NCBI GenBank assembly: GCA_001179505.1 | Contig: CDMY01000885.1 | Location: 1-12,977, forward strand | Length of the DNA: 12,977 bases | Source of the DNA: Vitrella brassicaformis CCMP3155 | Taxonomy: Eukaryota > Protista > Chromerida | Direction of reading: 5' to 3' | In this document: positions 9,592 through 12,977 of the stretch, in pieces | Layout: every line of letters starts with the position of its first letter | Position numbering within the stretch: position 1 is the stretch's first letter | Made by a program: the position numbers and the translations under genes | The notes under the pieces: generated by a model | Database searches by the model: none | Told to the model about the DNA's origin: nothing | Seen by the model: the letters and a program-made list of their open reading frames with translations, nothing else

Positions 9592-11374
9592 GAGTCCCTC
9601 CCGACCTCACCAACACACACAGCCGACATGCGCCAAGATCAAGGTGACTGACCCAAGCACACACACCGTGTGCACGTCCTGACCTGATGCTTTCCGCCGG
9701 TTGGCGACTGTCTTGTCTTGTCTGTATTTGCAGATGAGTTCGGACAGTGGTTCGAGGACGAGCGGAGGGGGCCCATATGGGCCTACCTCATGAAGGGCGA
9801 GAGGGCCCTTTAAGAGCAGGACACCGACAAGGAAGCGGCAGGTATGTGTGCGTGCTGTGGAGTGCAAGAGATTGTCTGTATGGGTATTCTTTTGTGTGAC
9901 TGTATGCAGGCCACCGCATGGAGCAGGTGCTGGCGTTTGGCGGCATCAAGAAGCACCAACAGGACCAGCGCGGAGCGGGTCAGAGATATGGAGTCCAGCC
10001 ACACATGACAAACAGTGCACTCGTTGTGGCTGTGTGTGCAGGCCAGGGCGACACCACCAACGACACCACCACCAAGGACAAGCCATCAATGGTTCGGGAA
10101 CAAAAGAAAATCTGAAACAAGTCGGGTACCCATTGCTGCTGTCTGCGTGTGTTATCGTGTGTGTGCAGGGGGCGATGGGGACGATGTCGACAAAGGTACG
10201 TGAGCCAGAATGGCACGAAGGGCATCCAAACACTTTGACGATCGTCCCGTTGTCTCCCATGTGTGCAGGAGTCCCTCCCGGCCTCACCCACAGCCAAGGC
10301 CAAGGCCAAGGTATCCACACTCGAGAGAATCAGCAGTGTCGTGACGCACACAAGCACACACATTGCCCCTTTGTGGCCTGTGTGCGGTTGGTTGGGTGCA
10401 GCAGGAGCAGCAGCACCGAGGCCAACAAGGTGACATTGGCACGTCTACGCCATTACGGTCAGGCTGATGTGTGTTGTGTCCCTTGTGCATTTACAGCCGA
10501 GTTCGCCCGCCACTTTGAGCAGCGCCAAGACCTTCAGGAGGGCGAAGGCGAGGGCGAGCAGCACGACGACGGTGGGTGCGGGGGCAATACATTATCGACG
10601 AACGCAGATGTGTTGATGGGAACTGTGTGTGTGTGCGTGGCTGATCCAGGTGAGGAGGCCCGCGAGGTGGCCGCCGAGCAGCAGCGCCGCCACCTGGCCG
10701 AGCAGGAGGCGGCCGAGGAGCAGCAGCGACGCGCGATGGCCCACGAGGAGGAGCAGAAGCGGCAGGAGGGTGCGTATGACTGAGTGACCAGACAAGGCCC
10801 CAATGTGTGGACAAACACCCTGTCGACATTCTCTGCTCGTGTGGTCTCTGTCTGTCTGTCTGTCTGTCCGTCTGTCTGCAGAGGAGGCGACTGACGAGCA
10901 GGACGACCAGCAGCAGCAGGACGACCAGCAGCAGGCGGCCCCCATCATGGTATCATCAACTCGACTGCACACGCGCCTCTCCCCAATTGTCCCTCCCTCC
11001 ATGTGTGTCGTGTGTCAATCAGATCAACCAGCAACAGCAGCAGCAGGCGGCGCCAGTGCAGCCCAAGGTGTACATGTACCTGTGGGGTCTATCGTGGACA
11101 GAGCTGCGGCCGCCCGTGGTGGTGGTGAGCACATTGTGAATGCATCAATGGCTGATGGGCGCGCGCATCAACGCATCTGCTCCCTGCTGTGTGTTGTCAG
11201 AGAACCACCAGACGCACAGTCGGCTACCGCCTGCCGGTGGGTGGAGTGACCACAGGAACTGCTCAGCAATGGTGTCCGCATCGCATCTCAGCCATGTTTG
11301 TTTCTCGGTGTCTGGTGTCTTGTCTGTCAGGCGGTCGGGCCCGTGCCGATCCACGCCGCTACCCATCGCCGTAA
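9592..11374 (+). pseudogene. Multi-exon Q/E-rich coiled-coil-like gene (copy B) with an in-frame TAA at 9811-9813: pseudogene, or a gene with a skippable stop-containing exon
   Basis: 14 GT-AG-bounded, phase-consistent exons: 9592-9643, 9734-9841, 9910-9978, 10042-10091, 10169-10195, 10269-10310, 10402-10429, 10497-10571, 10650-10769, 10882-10949, 11023-11124, 11201-11240, 11331-11374 (13 listed; any start exon upstream is unresolved). Translation: ESLPTSPTHTADMRQDQ|DEFGQWFEDERRGPIWAYLMKGERAL*EQDTDKEAA|GHRMEQVLAFGGIKKHQQDQRGA|GQGDTTNDTTTKDKPSM|GAMGTMSTK|ESLPASPTAKAKAK|QEQQHRGQQ|AEFARHFEQRQDLQEGEGEGEQHDD|GEEAREVAAEQQRRHLAEQEAAEEQQRRAMAHEEEQKRQE|EEATDEQDDQQQQDDQQQAAPIM|INQQQQQQAAPVQPKVYMYLWGLSWTELRPPVVV|RTTRRTVGYRLPV|GGRARADPRRYPSP*. 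Confidence 0.7.
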
Positions 11375-11519
11375 GATGCCCCCTCCACACGCACACACAT
11401 TGTGTGGGGTAGATTTGTGTCCGTCCCTTCTGTTTACGTCTCTCTGCGAGCAGGTCCGGTGCTGATGAGGGCCTGCTGCCGATGAGTATGCTGTCCTGTG
11501 CTGTGCTGTGCTGTGTGGG

Positions 11520-11612
11520 TGGCTGTCTGCCTGTCTGGCTGGCTGGCTGGCTGTCTGTCTGCTTCCCGCCCTTCTCTCCCTGCCTGACTGACTGACTGAC
11601 TGACTCACTCAC
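11520..11612. repeat. Compound microsatellite (GGCT)n/(CTGA)n/(CTCA)n
   Basis: ctggctggctggctggctg and ctgactgactgactgactgactcactcac, within the putative intron 11486-11689. Confidence 0.8.
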
Positions 11613-11770
11613 TGCATCCCTCAGTGCGTGGTTTGGTTTGGATGGATGGAAGTCAGCCACATACACATGTATCACACTCACTATCTCAGTCACAAAGGTA
11701 CGTGAGCCAGAATGGCACGAAGGGCAGCCAAACACTCTGACCATCGTGCCGTTGTCTCCCATGTGTGCAG

Positions 11771-12977
11771 GAGTCCCTCCCGGCCTCCCCAACAGCCAAG
11801 GCCAAGGCCAAGGTATGCACGCTCGAGGGAATCAGCAGTGTCGTGACGCACTCAAACACACACATTGCCCCTTTGTGGCCTGTGTGCGGTTGGTTGGGTG
11901 CAGCAGCAGGCCCAGCCGGCCCACCAGCAGCGCCAGCAGGACGAGGAAGACAACGAAGAGGCCGCGGGTACCATTTGAGTGTGCCTGGTCTCAGCGCGCC
12001 TGCCTCATGGTCATGCCCTGCCGGTCTGTCGTTTTTTCAGATGAGTTCGCCCGCCACTTCGAGCAGCGGGGAGACCTCCTGCAGGCCGAGGGCGACCAGG
12101 ACGACAACGGTGGGTGCAGGGGCAATACATTATCGACAAATGCACATTCGTCGATGGGAACTGTGTGTGTGTGCGTGGCTGATCCAGGTGAGGAGGCCCG
12201 CTTGATGGCCGCCGAGGAGGAGCAGCGCCGCCTCATGGCCGAGCAGGAGGAGCAGCCCCAGTTAAGTTGGGTCTGTGTGTTGCTGATGCAGCGTTCCAAA
12301 AGAAGAAGGCTGGTAAGTCTGAGAGAAACACGAACATCCACATACGGACACGTCTCACGGTGGCGGCTGTCGTGTCTGTCTGCAGACGAGGAGCGGGAGG
12401 CGGCCGAGCGCCGCGCGATGGCCGAGGAGCACGAGATGCGCCGCGCCATAGAGCAGGAAAAGCGGCAGGCAGGTACGCATGAGACAGTGACCATATCACA
12501 GTTGCATTCCATGTCTCCGTCTGTCTGTGCATTCCGTCTCCCCGTCTGTGTTGCCATTCAGAAGCAAATCGCCGTCTACATTTTATATCCTGTGACTCAT
12601 ATTTCATTCGACTCGCGCCCTCGGCATCTGCGCAGCTGCCCTGTTTGTACCTATGGGATCACGTGCCTGCAGCATGATGGTACGAAGGTGACATTGGCAC
12701 ATGTACGCCATCACGGTCAGGCTGATACGTGTTGTGTCTCTTGTGCATTTGCAGCGGAGTTCGCCGAGCACTTCGAGCGGCGCCAAGACCTCCAGCAGGG
12801 CGAGGGCGAGCAGTACGACGACAGTGGGTGCGGGGGCAATACATTATCGACAAACGCAGATGTGTTGATGGGAACACTGTGTGTGTGTGTGTGTGTGGCT
12901 GATCCAGGTGAGGAGGCCCGCGAGGTGGCCGAGGGCCTGGCCGGTATGTTTGCCAACACGTGCAGTACATGAATGGG
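11771..12977 (+). CDS. Multi-exon Q/E-rich coiled-coil-like gene (copy C), 3' truncated by the window; start uncertain
   Basis: Exons 11771-11812 (ESLPASPTAKAKAK), 11904-11967, 12041-12109 (DEFARHFEQRGDLLQAEGDQDDN), 12188-~12265 (GEEARLMAAEEEQRRLMAEQEEQPQL), 12386-12472 (EEREAAERRAMAEEHEMRRAIEQEKRQA), 12755-12823 (AEFAEHFERRQDLQQGEGEQYDD) and 12908-12943. Introns are clearly homologous to copy B: 11698-11770 vs 10196-10268, 12110-12187 vs 10572-10649, 12688-12754 vs 10430-10496. Possible upstream exons at 11454-11485 and 11690-11697. Confidence 0.6.

Noticed and set aside
8348-9813. Stop-codon reassignment (TAG at 8348, TAA at 9811 read as Gln)
   Set aside because: Gln is encoded by CAG/CAA throughout and TAA terminates copy B. 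The TAG lies in a frame that is not splice-consistent with the upstream exon.
9848-10783. 311-aa unspliced ORF
   Set aside because: It starts inside an intron and matches the exon frame only in its last part; it is a read-through of introns.
12673-12687. 15-nt exon homologous to 10402-10429
   Set aside because: It contains TGA in the required phase. Direct 12472->12755 splicing keeps the frame, so I treated it as a decayed remnant.
11638-12972. 444-aa unspliced ORF taken as a single-exon gene
   Set aside because: It runs through clear GT-AG introns (CVCV-type translations) and reads the ESLPASPT exon in the wrong frame. The spliced model explains the paralogy better.

Overview
Eukaryotic, intron-dense genomic DNA: short GT-AG introns of about 60-110 nt, with (GT)n/(CA)n/(CTGA)n/(ATCC)n-rich introns and spacers. 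The style resembles the chromerid Vitrella brassicaformis, which is an inference from style only. Most of the six-frame ORFs are artefacts. Manual splicing shows three related + strand gene copies of an unrecognised Q/E-rich, probably coiled-coil family: the 3' end of copy A (1-638), copy B (9592-11374, in-frame TAA at 9811) and copy C (about 11454/11771 to the window end). They are built from duplicated symmetric exon modules (ESLP[A/T]SPT, xEF[A/G]xxFE, GEEARxxA); A and B share a C-terminal TxGYRxxV|xGRA signature. Directly upstream of copy B, on the same strand, are broken fragments of unrelated genes: one protein-kinase exon (catalytic loop to DFG-like motif, 7911-8011) and two COP9 signalosome subunit 3-like exons (9253-9495). 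The last CSN3-like exon can splice in phase to copy B, which suggests a chimeric or gene-fragment-capture locus. 5473-7520 holds an unclassified ~0.8 kb tandem duplication with a third decayed copy and smaller nested duplications. No rRNA, tRNA, CRISPR array or recognisable transposase was found.
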